From NCBI GenBank assembly GCA_045589355.1, contig JAZNOW010000073.1, forward strand, positions 680-64,679: a stretch of DNA of 64,000 bases. The letters are read 5' to 3'. Shown here piece by piece: positions 43,924 to 52,660 of the stretch. This DNA is from Clostridia bacterium (lineage in GTDB: Bacteria > Bacillota > Clostridia > Christensenellales > Aristaeellaceae). A program made the position numbers and the translations under genes. How positions within the stretch are numbered: position 1 is the stretch's first letter; each line of letters starts with the position of its first letter. The notes under the pieces are model-generated. The model worked only from the letters and a program-made list of their open reading frames with translations, was not told the DNA's origin and searched no databases.

Positions 43924-45213
43924 TCAGGGGGTCAGCCGGTTGGGGCCGCGGAAGAGGAACATGACTTCCTTGATCGGAATGCCAAGGAGCAGCATGGTGA
44001 GACGGTCCACGCCCAGGCCGAAGCCGCCGTGGGGCGGGCAGCCGTAGCGGAAGAAATCCATGTAGAATTTCACGTCTTCGCCCAGGCCCTTTTCGTCGGC
44101 CTGCGCACGCAGCTGTTCGTAGCGGTGTTCACGCTGGGCGCCGGTGGTGATTTCGGTGCCGCGCCAGATCAGGTCATAGCCCAGGGGCATGCCGTTTTCG
44201 TCGCGCATATGGTAGAAAGCGCGCTTCTGGGGGCCGTAGTCGGTGACGAAGAGGAATTCGTGGCCGAACTTATCCATGCTCAGCTTGGCGCAAAGGTGTT
44301 CCGCTTCGGTGGTCAGGTCGTTCTTTTCTTCTTCGGGGCAGGTATAGCCGTAGCGTTCTTCCAGCTCCCTGTACACATCCGCCAGCTTCATTTCGGGGAA
44401 GGGCAGGGTGGGCACCACGGTTTCCATGCCGAACAGTTCCTTGATCTTGTCGCCGTACTTATCGTTCACGGCCTTCAGGGCGGCCTGCAAAAGCTCCGCT
44501 TCCATGGCCATCACGTCCCGGAAGGAGGAAATATAGCTCATTTCCAGGTCGAAGCCGGTGAATTCGGTGGCGTGCTTGTTGGTGAAGCTCTTTTCGGCGC
44601 GGAACACGGGGCCTACTTCGAAAATGCGGTCAAAGCCGGCAGCCATGGCCATTTGCTTGTAGAACTGGGGGCTCTGGGAGAGGTAGCCCTTGCGGTCGAA
44701 ATACTTGAGCTCAAACACATCGGAGCCGGATTCGCTGGCAGCGCCGATGAGCTTGGGGGTGTGGATTTCCATGAAGCCTTCGTTCAGCAGGTAGTTGCGC
44801 ATGGCGGCCACCATTTCGGTCTGGGCCTTGAAGATGAGGGTGTTGCGGTCGGAACGCAGGTCCACCCAGCGGTAGTCCAGGCGGCTGTCGATGGCGGCGT
44901 CCTTGGAGATGGGCAGGGGTTCGGCGATGGAGAGGATTTCCATCTGTTCGGGCAGCATTTCAATGCCGCCCATCTTCACATAGCTGTTTTCCACCACGGG
45001 GCCGATGCAGGTGACCACGGATTCCACGGTCAGCTGGTCCACCACGGCGGCAATTTCGGGATACTTTTCCTTTTCCACGGTGACCTGGATGCGGCCGGTA
45101 TGGTCCCGGATGACCAGGAAGGCCATGGTGCGCTTGTTGCGCAGGTTTTCCACATAACCCTGAATCTTGTTCACTTCGCCGGGGATCACTTTGGCAATCA
45201 GATTTCTGTTCAT
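43924..45213 (-). CDS. aspS: aspartate--tRNA ligase, archaeal/type-2 (possibly non-discriminating)
   Basis: 429 aa class IIb aaRS. FRAEKSFTNKHATEF, C-terminal GPNRLTP. Classic hisS-aspS synteny. Confidence 0.85.
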   Translation of the reverse strand: MNRNLIAKVIPGEVNKIQGYVENLRNKRTMAFLVIRDHTGRIQVTVEKEKYPEIAAVVDQLTVESVVTCIGPVVENSYVKMGGIEMLPEQMEILSIAEPLPISKDAAIDSRLDYRWVDLRSDRNTLIFKAQTEMVAAMRNYLLNEGFMEIHTPKLIGAASESGSDVFELKYFDRKGYLSQSPQFYKQMAMAAGFDRIFEVGPVFRAEKSFTNKHATEFTGFDLEMSYISSFRDVMAMEAELLQAALKAVNDKYGDKIKELFGMETVVPTLPFPEMKLADVYRELEERYGYTCPEEEKNDLTTEAEHLCAKLSMDKFGHEFLFVTDYGPQKRAFYHMRDENGMPLGYDLIWRGTEITTGAQREHRYEQLRAQADEKGLGEDVKFYMDFFRYGCPPHGGFGLGVDRLTMLLLGIPIKEVMFLFRGPNRLTP

Positions 45214-45243
45214 ATAGGTATGCTCCTTTTCTTTCGGAATTGC

Positions 45244-46509
45244 TTATTTCAGCAAAGCGGCGGTTTCTTCCGCTGCGGTTTCAAGGGAAAATTCCACTTC
45301 TTCCCGGGTCTGCATGTTGCGCACTTTCACCGTGCCCCGGGCGTATTCGTCGCCGCCCATGATGGCCACATACCTGGCGTTCACCTTATCGGCAAACTTG
45401 AACTGGGCCTTGAGGGAACGGCCGCACACGTCGCAGTCGGCCTTTACGCCGGCCTTGCGCAGGGCCTGGGTGAAGGTGAAGGCAGGCACGGCCATATCGG
45501 CGCCCAGGTTGGCCACATAGACGTCGGTGATGCCGGGGTTTTCGGGCAGCAGGCCCTGGGTGGTCAGCTCAATGAGGATGCGTTCGATGCCGATGCCAAA
45601 GCCGGCAGCAGGGGTGGCGGGGCCGCCCAGCTCTTCCACCAGCTTATCGTACCGGCCGCCGCCGCAAAGGGCCAGGCCTTCCCGGCCGGACTGCATGATG
45701 ATTTCAAACACCGTCTTGGTGTAATAATCCAGGCCGCGCACAATGCGGGGATCCAGCGCGAAGGGGATGTTTGCCGCGGTCAGAAGCGTCTGCAGCTTTT
45801 CGAAGTGGCTGCCGCAGTCATCGCACAGGCAGTCCAGAATGGAGGGCGCGTCTTTCACGATGGCCTTGCACTTTTCTTCCTTGCAGTCCAGGATGCGCAG
45901 AGGGTTCTTGGCAAAGCGTTCCTGGCAGGTGGGGCACATATCGGACAGCCTTTCGCCCAGGTATTCCTTCAGCTTCTGGTGGTACCGGGGCCGGCATTCG
46001 GGGCAGCCGATGGAATTGATGTGCACGGACAGGTTCTTCAGCCCCAGCCCGCCCAGCAATTCAAACAGGGCGCAGATCAGTTCTGCTTCCACGGTGGGTT
46101 CCTTGCCGCCAAAGCATTCCATGCCGAACTGGTGGTGTTCGCGAAGACGGCCGGCCTGGGGCTTTTCATAGCGGAAAATGGGGGCGGCCAGGTAATACAT
46201 TTTGCAGGGCAGCGCTTCGTTATACAGTTTGCCTTCAATGAAGGCGCGCACGGCGCCGGCAGTGCCTTCGGGCTTGAGGGTGATGGAGCGTTCGCCCTTG
46301 TCCAGGAAGGTGTACATTTCCTTGGTGACGATGTCGCTGGTGTCGCCCACGCCGCGCTGGAAGAGCTCGGTGTGTTCAAAGACGGGGGTGCGCACTTCCC
46401 GGTAACCCCAGCGGGCGGCCAGGGAACGCATTTTTGCTTCTACATATTGCCACTGATATGCGTCCTGGGGCAGCATATCTTTTGTGCCTTTGGGTGCCTG
46501 TGTGAGCAT
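45244..46509 (-). CDS. hisS: histidine--tRNA ligase
   Basis: ORF trimmed to ATG 46509 behind [45 protein letters not shown]. Confidence 0.95.
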   Translation of the reverse strand: [421 protein letters not shown]

Positions 46510-46526
46510 AAGTTGTAAACCCTCCT

Positions 46527-46752
46527 GATAAAAAAATACGCCCATGCCCTATGCATGGGACGAAGTTCACTTCGCGGTGCCACCCAGCTTGAAAGGCAAT
46601 GCCTTTCCGCTTTCTTTTCCGTAACGCTGAAATGCGCCTGCTCTCGCAGGAGGCTCCGGGGTGTCCCATCCGTGCGGCGATGCGCTGCTTTCAGCCGGGG
46701 CGGCGCTCTCTTTGATCGCAACTGACCGGATTTCTTCCCATCATTGCCGGTG
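46527..46752 (-). promoter_or_regulatory. T-box riboswitch leader (His specifier) controlling hisS-aspS
   Basis: Minus strand: stem I AGAGAG and GCUGAAAGC elements. His codons CAU/CAC lie in GCGCAUCGCCGCACGG. T-box core UGGGUGGCACCGCG (46587-46573). Terminator CCCAUGC..GCAUGGG plus U7 (46560-46531). Confidence 0.85.
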
Positions 46753-46759
46753 TTTTCTT

Positions 46760-46788
46760 ATTATAAAAGGAAAAAACCAAGATGTCAA
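46760..46788 (-). promoter_or_regulatory. consensus sigma-70 promoter of the hisS T-box leader
   Basis: Minus strand: TTGACA (46788-46783), 17-nt spacer, TATAAT (46765-46760). Confidence 0.7.
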
Positions 46789-46878
46789 CAAAATTCAGAA
46801 TTCAGAATGAAGAATTCAGAATTGGGGTTTGTTGGTGATGAAAGGCTGTATCTTTCATACAGTTTCCCGGTGAAGCTT

Positions 46879-47310
46879 GGGGGACGATGCGGGGTTTCAC
46901 CCCTGCACCCCACCAGGGGCATTGCCCCTGGACCCTTTTTCCGGAAACAGCAATTCGTATCACACAAACAGTTTCCCGGTGGAACAGAGCATCACGCAGA
47001 CACACATTCGCAGAGGAAGATTGTATTTTTGCGAATTGGCTGCGGCACTGCCGCACCACGGGCTGGGCGGCGGAACGCCGCCAACCGGATGCTGTGCATC
47101 CGGGGAAAACATGAAAAAAGATCGGAGGGAAAGCAAGCTTTCCCGGCCGACTTTTTTCAATGTTTTCATAGTGCCCGTGTGCTTTCGTTTCGCTTTTCCA
47201 AGCAACATGCGGAAAGAAGTTTGGAAAAACAGTTGTCTGCATCGCAGGAAGGGTGCAGGGCCGATGGCCCTGCTGCGGGGTACAGGGGCTGCATAAGCCC
47301 CTGCCCCGTC
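46879..47310 (+). repeat. hairpin-rich mosaic intergenic element, copy 3 (reference copy)
   Basis: The 5' end (46879-46940) is an imperfect inverted copy of the 3' end (47249-47310). Central hairpin at 47105-47167. Homologous to copies at 12.4, 32.4 and 54.3 kb. Confidence 0.8.
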
Positions 47311-47321
47311 ATTTCCTGGAA

Positions 47322-47354
47322 AGCAAAAGAAAAGAGAGGGGCGAACCCCTCTCT
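47322..47354 (-). terminator. rho-independent terminator of pgm
   Basis: Minus strand: AGAGAGGGG-TTCG-CCCCTCTCT followed by TTTCTTTTG. Confidence 0.7.
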
Positions 47355-47400
47355 GTGATTGTAAACCAGCAATTCTGAATTCTTAATTCTTCATTCTGAA

Positions 47401-49116
47401 TTATTTCATGATTTCCTGGGCAGCAGCGGTGAGCTGAGCGTTCAGGGCATCGGTGGCTTCCTGGGTATCCGCCTTGGTGGCCACGTAGAGCTTGATCTTG
47501 GGCTCGGTGCCGCTGGGACGGATGCACAGCCAGTTGTTGTTTTCCAGTTCGAAGTAGAGCACGTTGGACTTGGGATAATCCAGCTTTTCTTCCTTGCCGT
47601 CGGCAATGCGGATGGAGCGGCCGAAGTCCCGGATGCCGGTGACCTTCAGGCCGGCCAGTTCAGCGGGAGGATTGTTGCGCAGGTTATCCATGATGCCCTT
47701 CATCTTTTCCACGCCGTCCTTACCGGGAAGCACCACAGAATGGCCGGTTTCCTTGTAGTAGCCGTACTTGCGGTACAGCTTCTGCAGGGCGTCGTAGAGG
47801 GTTTCGCCGCGGTCCATGCAGGCGCAGGTGGTTTCGCACAAAAGCAGGGAGGCGTTGACGCCGTCCTTGTCGCGCACCTGGGTGCCGGAGAGGTAGCCGA
47901 AGCTTTCTTCGAAGCCGAAGACGAAGGTATGGTCGCCCTTTTCTTCGAACTGCTGGATCTTTTCGCCGATGAACTTGAAGCCGGTGAGCACGTCAAAGAT
48001 CGGGATGCCGTAATCGTCGCAGATGGCCTTGGCCAGGTTTGTGGACACAACGGACTTCACGGCAGCGGCGTTTGCGGGCAGGGTGCCGTTGGCTTTGCGG
48101 CTTTCCAGGATGTGGCTGAGCATCAGGCAGGCGATCTGGTTGCCGGTGAGGGTACGCCAGATGCCGTCCTTGTCTTTCACGGCGCAGCCCAGGCGGTCGC
48201 AGTCAGGGTCGGTGCCGAAGACGGTGGTGGCGCCCACTTCTTCTGCCAGCGGGATGGCCATTTTGAAGGCGGCGGGGTCTTCAGGGTTGGGCGCGGTGAC
48301 GGTGGGGAAGCGGCCGTCGGGGGCTTCCTGTTCCTTGACCACAGTGACCATGGTGATGCCCAGTTCCTTAAGCAGGCGGCGCACCGGCACGTTGCCGGAG
48401 CCGTGCAGGGGGGTGTAGACGATGTTCAGGTCCGCGCCCCGCTTTTCCAGCAGTTCCGGACGCAGGGACAGGGTTTTCACCATTTCGATGTAATCATCGT
48501 CCACTTCCTTGTTGCCGATGATCTGCAAAAGGCCCTTGGCCTTGGCTTCTTCTTCCGCCATGGGCACGCATTCTTCGTACTGAAGGGCGTTGATGCTGGC
48601 GATGATTTCATCTGCCACGTCGGGGCCGATCTGCGCGCCGTCTTCGCCGTACACCTTGTAGCCGTTGTACTGGGGCGGGTTATGGCTGGCGGTGATGATG
48701 ACACCGGCAGCAGTGCCCAGATGGCGCACGGAATAGGAAAGGATGGGCACAGGGCGCAGGGATTCAAACAGGTAGGCCTTGATGCCGGCAGCGGCCAGGG
48801 TGAGGGCGGTTTCCTTGGCGAACACGTCGCTCTTGATGCGGCTGTCGTAGGCCACCACAACGCCCTTGTTTTCGGTGCCGTGGGCCTTGATGTAGCGGGC
48901 CAGGCCCATCGTGGCGCGGCGCACGTTGTATACGTTCATGCGGTTGGTGCCCATGCCCAATACACCGCGCAGGCCGCCGGTGCCGAAGGCCAGGCTGGTA
49001 TAAAAGCGATCTTCAATTTCTTTTTCGTCGTTTTCGATGGATTTCAGTTCAGCAATGGTTTCTTCATCCGCAGCAAAGCGGGTAAGCCAGCTTTTGTATT
49101 CTTCCATATAGCCCAT
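47401..49116 (-). CDS. phospho-sugar mutase (phosphoglucomutase/phosphomannomutase, PgcA-like)
   Basis: FGTGGLRG, active-site TASHNPPQYNGYKVY, GTDPDCDR. Confidence 0.9.
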   Translation of the reverse strand: MGYMEEYKSWLTRFAADEETIAELKSIENDEKEIEDRFYTSLAFGTGGLRGVLGMGTNRMNVYNVRRATMGLARYIKAHGTENKGVVVAYDSRIKSDVFAKETALTLAAAGIKAYLFESLRPVPILSYSVRHLGTAAGVIITASHNPPQYNGYKVYGEDGAQIGPDVADEIIASINALQYEECVPMAEEEAKAKGLLQIIGNKEVDDDYIEMVKTLSLRPELLEKRGADLNIVYTPLHGSGNVPVRRLLKELGITMVTVVKEQEAPDGRFPTVTAPNPEDPAAFKMAIPLAEEVGATTVFGTDPDCDRLGCAVKDKDGIWRTLTGNQIACLMLSHILESRKANGTLPANAAAVKSVVSTNLAKAICDDYGIPIFDVLTGFKFIGEKIQQFEEKGDHTFVFGFEESFGYLSGTQVRDKDGVNASLLLCETTCACMDRGETLYDALQKLYRKYGYYKETGHSVVLPGKDGVEKMKGIMDNLRNNPPAELAGLKVTGIRDFGRSIRIADGKEEKLDYPKSNVLYFELENNNWLCIRPSGTEPKIKLYVATKADTQEATDALNAQLTAAAQEIMK

Positions 49117-49161
49117 AGGAAAAAACCTCCCTTAACAATATGTACCTTGCAGATACCTGTA

Positions 49162-50295
49162 TTATACGTTATTTTTTGCCTGTTCGCAAGTGGTGTTTGC
49201 CCATTTCAGGCCCACAAAAATGTAGGCGGCGACACAGAGAATGTATACAATGTAGAGCAAAAGGTCGCTGATGCCGGAGCGGTCCAGCATAAATTCCAGC
49301 CCGATGATGCAGCCGGCCAGCAGCACGGTGGCAGCCAGCAGGGGGATGCGGCGCTTTTTGGATGCCAGCGCCATGGCGGCGGGGAAGAAAATGAGCATGG
49401 CATACAGCATTTCCGCATGCACAAAGCCCCACACCATGTGGCCGTCCCGGCGCAGGCTTTCCAGGGGCACCATCAGGCAGCCAAAGAGGAAAGCGGCGTA
49501 AAGGAACAGGCGGTTTTTTGGCAGTTTGCCTTTGCTGTGCCGGTTTGCCAGCACAAGCAAAAGAATGCCGAGCATGATCACCGTCAGCAGGGCGGTATCC
49601 AGCCGGCCCTGATCGTTCACCGGAACGGAAAGCAGGGGAAGAGCCAGTTCAGGCCCCCAGCCGGCCCGGGCGTGGGAATTGGCTGCGGCAACGGCCATGG
49701 GAAAGGCCAGCCACAGGAGGGCGCCCCGGTTCAATACGTCCAGGGGCTTTTCTCTGGCGATTTTTGCCCCCAGCACACCGGCCAGGGTGATGCCGGCAAG
49801 CGCGCCCATCATCGACAGGCCCCCTTCCCATACGTTCAGCATGGCCAGGGGGGACTGAATGTCCCGGAGGTAGAAGGCGATATCCGTCAGGCAATACACA
49901 AGCCGGGAAAAGAAAAGCCCCAGGGGCACCGCAAGAATGAGGAACCACAGCAGGCCTTTGCTTTCCTTCTGATGCCTGATGCAATACACAAGAAAAAGGA
50001 GCAGCAAAAGGCCCAGCGCTGCGGCCAGGAACCGGCTGAAGGCGCTGGTCCGGAAGGCGAAAGAGGCGGGGGCGGTTTCTGTTTCCGCAGGGGCGGCAGG
50101 GGCACTGCCCAGCAGCAGGGCCATCAGCTCCGCTTCGGCGCCGGTGGCCGTTTCCGCTTCCATTTTGGCCTTCTGTTCATAATATTCCGTCTTTTTTTCC
50201 GGCAGCATGGAGCCGTGGGTGCACAAAAACAGCACCGCCACGACGGCCAGGACAGCCATCAGCCCGGCCAGAATGGGAAGAACATGTTTCTTCAT
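49162..50295 (-). CDS. Lgt-like polytopic membrane protein, second divergent paralog
   Basis: ORF trimmed to ATG 50295 behind AGGAGG. VWEGGLSMMGALAG and ESLRRDGH boxes are shared with the 15686-16675 product and the Lgt family. Confidence 0.55.
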   Translation of the reverse strand: MKKHVLPILAGLMAVLAVVAVLFLCTHGSMLPEKKTEYYEQKAKMEAETATGAEAELMALLLGSAPAAPAETETAPASFAFRTSAFSRFLAAALGLLLLLFLVYCIRHQKESKGLLWFLILAVPLGLFFSRLVYCLTDIAFYLRDIQSPLAMLNVWEGGLSMMGALAGITLAGVLGAKIAREKPLDVLNRGALLWLAFPMAVAAANSHARAGWGPELALPLLSVPVNDQGRLDTALLTVIMLGILLLVLANRHSKGKLPKNRLFLYAAFLFGCLMVPLESLRRDGHMVWGFVHAEMLYAMLIFFPAAMALASKKRRIPLLAATVLLAGCIIGLEFMLDRSGISDLLLYIVYILCVAAYIFVGLKWANTTCEQAKNNV

Positions 50296-50361
50296 TTGCA
50301 GGAACCTCCTTTGGCATGAAAAAAGACGGTGTGCCGGTTTGCAACACACCGTCTGGAAGGG

Positions 50362-51240
50362 TTATTGCCAGGTTTCTTCCGGCACGGCGCTGACCACATA
50401 GATGATATCGCTCTGCTCCCGTTCGGAATCGGTATAGTTGGAGTCGTAGTAGCGGCCGTTGAAGGTCATCACGCAGGAATTGCCGCCGTCCAGGCAGTAG
50501 GCTTCCTTCACGCCCAGGTCCTTCATGAACAGGGCCATCTGGTCGGTGGTGACGCCGATGCTTTCGTCGTTGCGGCCCTGGGCTTCCACAAACACATATT
50601 CCAGCGGGCCCACCTGGGCGATGACCATGCGGGGGGCGCGGACGGTGCTGTCAAAGCGGGTGCGGTAGGTTTCGGGCATGGGCATGATCTCGCCGTTTTT
50701 GATGAGGGTGGGGCCGAAGGTGAAGGCGTTGATGATCTGATGGCCTTCCTTGAGGAAAGCCAGAATTTCATCGGCCTTGGTGCCCACGAAGTTATGCAGG
50801 TCGCCGTTTTCGTCAATGACCAGGGCATCCTTTTCTTCGTTCAGTTCATACCGGAAGGGGATGCCCTGACGGTAGATCAGGCCGTCTTTGCGCTGCACGT
50901 AGAAATCCCCGTTGATGGCCACCACGGCGTTCTGCCGGCGGGCCATGCGGCTGGGCCTGTCCGCCACCACCTCGTTGGGCTTGCCGGCGGTATGGGTGCG
51001 CAGCTGGGTGGGGCTTTTCACCTTGATCCAGGCGATGGAGTAGCGCACCCGGTCAATATCCCGGGTTTCCATGCGCACGGAAAGGCTTTCGTCCTCGTAG
51101 GTTTCTTTGGTGTAGCAATCGGGGTTGGCCCTGGGACCGGCGGAAAAATCCACCGGCAGGTGGTACACGTTTTCTTCCGCAAAGCAGCCCGCCGGCATCA
51201 GCAGGGCGGCCAGCAGCAGAAGGATCATCCATTTTTTCAT
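50362..51240 (-). CDS. phosphodiester glycosidase family protein (NAGPA/DUF2233), secreted, paralog 2
   Basis: Signal peptide MKKWMILLLLAALLMPAGCFA. AVVAINGDFY, FGPTLIKNG, MVIAQVGPLEYVFVEAQGR, AYCLDGGNS. Clear paralog of 16679-17728. Confidence 0.8.
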   Translation of the reverse strand: MKKWMILLLLAALLMPAGCFAEENVYHLPVDFSAGPRANPDCYTKETYEDESLSVRMETRDIDRVRYSIAWIKVKSPTQLRTHTAGKPNEVVADRPSRMARRQNAVVAINGDFYVQRKDGLIYRQGIPFRYELNEEKDALVIDENGDLHNFVGTKADEILAFLKEGHQIINAFTFGPTLIKNGEIMPMPETYRTRFDSTVRAPRMVIAQVGPLEYVFVEAQGRNDESIGVTTDQMALFMKDLGVKEAYCLDGGNSCVMTFNGRYYDSNYTDSEREQSDIIYVVSAVPEETWQ

Positions 51241-51259
51241 GGTTATTCTCCAGTTGATA

Positions 51260-51997
51260 TTAGTAGGCGCCGCCGCCGTTTTCCACGGGGTTCAAAGGGG
51301 AAGCGGTAAGGATGCCCTTGGCCAGGCGTTCCTTGGCTTCTTCCATGATTTTTACCGTGGCGGATACGCCGCAGCGCACAGCGCCGGCATTGCGGCAGGC
51401 AAGCACCATATCCAGCGTGCGGATGCCGCCGGAGGCCTTCACCCGCACCTTATCGGAAACGGCGGCGCGCATCAATTGCACATCCGCCACCGTGGCGCCG
51501 GCAGAACCGTAGCCGGTGGAGGTTTTCACAAAATCGGCACCGGCCGCTTCGCTCAGGCGGCAGGCAATTTTTTTCTGTTCGTCGGAAAGGTAGCAGGTTT
51601 CCAGAATCACTTTCAGGATGGCGTCGCGGCTATGGGCCATTTCCGCCAGTTTCTGAATTTCTTCCTGCACATAGCTTTCTTCGCCGTGGAGCATTTTGCC
51701 GATGTTGAGCACCATGTCCAGTTCCCGGCAGCCGTCATCCAGCGCTTTTTCTGCTTCGAAGCACTTGACGCTCATGTGATGGGCGCCGTGGGGGAAGCCG
51801 ATCACCGTGCAGGGCAGCACGCTGCTGCCGGAAAGACGGCGGACAACCAGGGGCATATCCCCGGGCCGGGCGCAGACGGTGGCAGTATTGTATTCCAGGG
51901 CAATATCGCAGCCTTTGATGATGTCATTTTCCGTCAGGAAGGGCTGAAGGGTGGAATGATCCAGCGTTTTGGCGATGTCAAAAAGCGTGATGGACAT
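51260..51997 (-). CDS. deoC: deoxyribose-phosphate aldolase
   Basis: LDHSTLQP, LKVILET, FVKTSTGY, VKASGGIRT. Confidence 0.9.
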   Translation of the reverse strand: MSITLFDIAKTLDHSTLQPFLTENDIIKGCDIALEYNTATVCARPGDMPLVVRRLSGSSVLPCTVIGFPHGAHHMSVKCFEAEKALDDGCRELDMVLNIGKMLHGEESYVQEEIQKLAEMAHSRDAILKVILETCYLSDEQKKIACRLSEAAGADFVKTSTGYGSAGATVADVQLMRAAVSDKVRVKASGGIRTLDMVLACRNAGAVRCGVSATVKIMEEAKERLAKGILTASPLNPVENGGGAY

Positions 51998-52012
51998 GGG
52001 GCATCCTCCTTC

Positions 52013-52660
52013 TTATTTGCCTTTGCAGTATTTGGCAACATAGGCGGCGGCGGATTCGTATTCCGCCTGGGTGAGCCGCAGCGCCATGGGGGCGCAGCGG
52101 GGGGTGTGGTACAAAAGGATCATGGCCTGGTGGGGCTTGTATTGCACCTGCTGCACGTCCTGCCACAGCATATGCCTTTCCTGGGACAGGTGCATCATCT
52201 GGCCGGCCTGGTTGGGCATATTGCGGGAAGGATCGGCCGACTGGAGGCGGGCCCAGCTTTTGCGCCGGTCCGGGTCATGCCAGGTTTGCAGGTGAGCGCC
52301 CCGGGGATCCAGCACATAAAAGAGGGTCTCCCTGCCCTGAAAATACAGGAACAAAAAGGCGATCAACAGCCCCAGCGGCAGGATGGAAAAAATCAGCGCA
52401 GGCAGATTGCCGCTCAGCGCCCGGGATGCGCCGGAGGAGCCCATCAGCAGCGCGTCCAGCCCGATGAGCACCAGGAACGTGAGGGCCACCATGCCGCACA
52501 GCGTGAGCAGGATGCCCTTCCATGCACGCCCGTCCGTCAGGGGCAGGAAGGAGGCTGTCCACACATTGCGCTGGGCGGCTGCCGAGGCCCGCTTGCCGCA
52601 GGCCTGGCAGGTATCGCCGGGCGATTCCGTTTTGCAGTGTTTACAATAGGAATAAATCAT
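52013..52660 (-). CDS. hypothetical zinc-ribbon membrane protein
   Basis: N-terminal CKHC...CQAC zinc ribbon, 2-3 TM segments, soluble C-terminal domain. ATGA overlap with the gpmI stop. Confidence 0.5.
   Translation of the reverse strand: MIYSYCKHCKTESPGDTCQACGKRASAAAQRNVWTASFLPLTDGRAWKGILLTLCGMVALTFLVLIGLDALLMGSSGASRALSGNLPALIFSILPLGLLIAFLFLYFQGRETLFYVLDPRGAHLQTWHDPDRRKSWARLQSADPSRNMPNQAGQMMHLSQERHMLWQDVQQVQYKPHQAMILLYHTPRCAPMALRLTQAEYESAAAYVAKYCKGK

Noticed and set aside
41917-46518. 1533-aa ORF on the plus strand spanning about 4.6 kb
   Set aside because: It runs antisense across six well-supported minus-strand genes (DUF2273, amaP, asp23, aspS, hisS and others). Its sequence is low-complexity (Gly/Ala/His/Val/Phe-rich) with no recognisable domains. 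It is a typical stop-codon-poor shadow frame of GC-rich, codon-biased genes.
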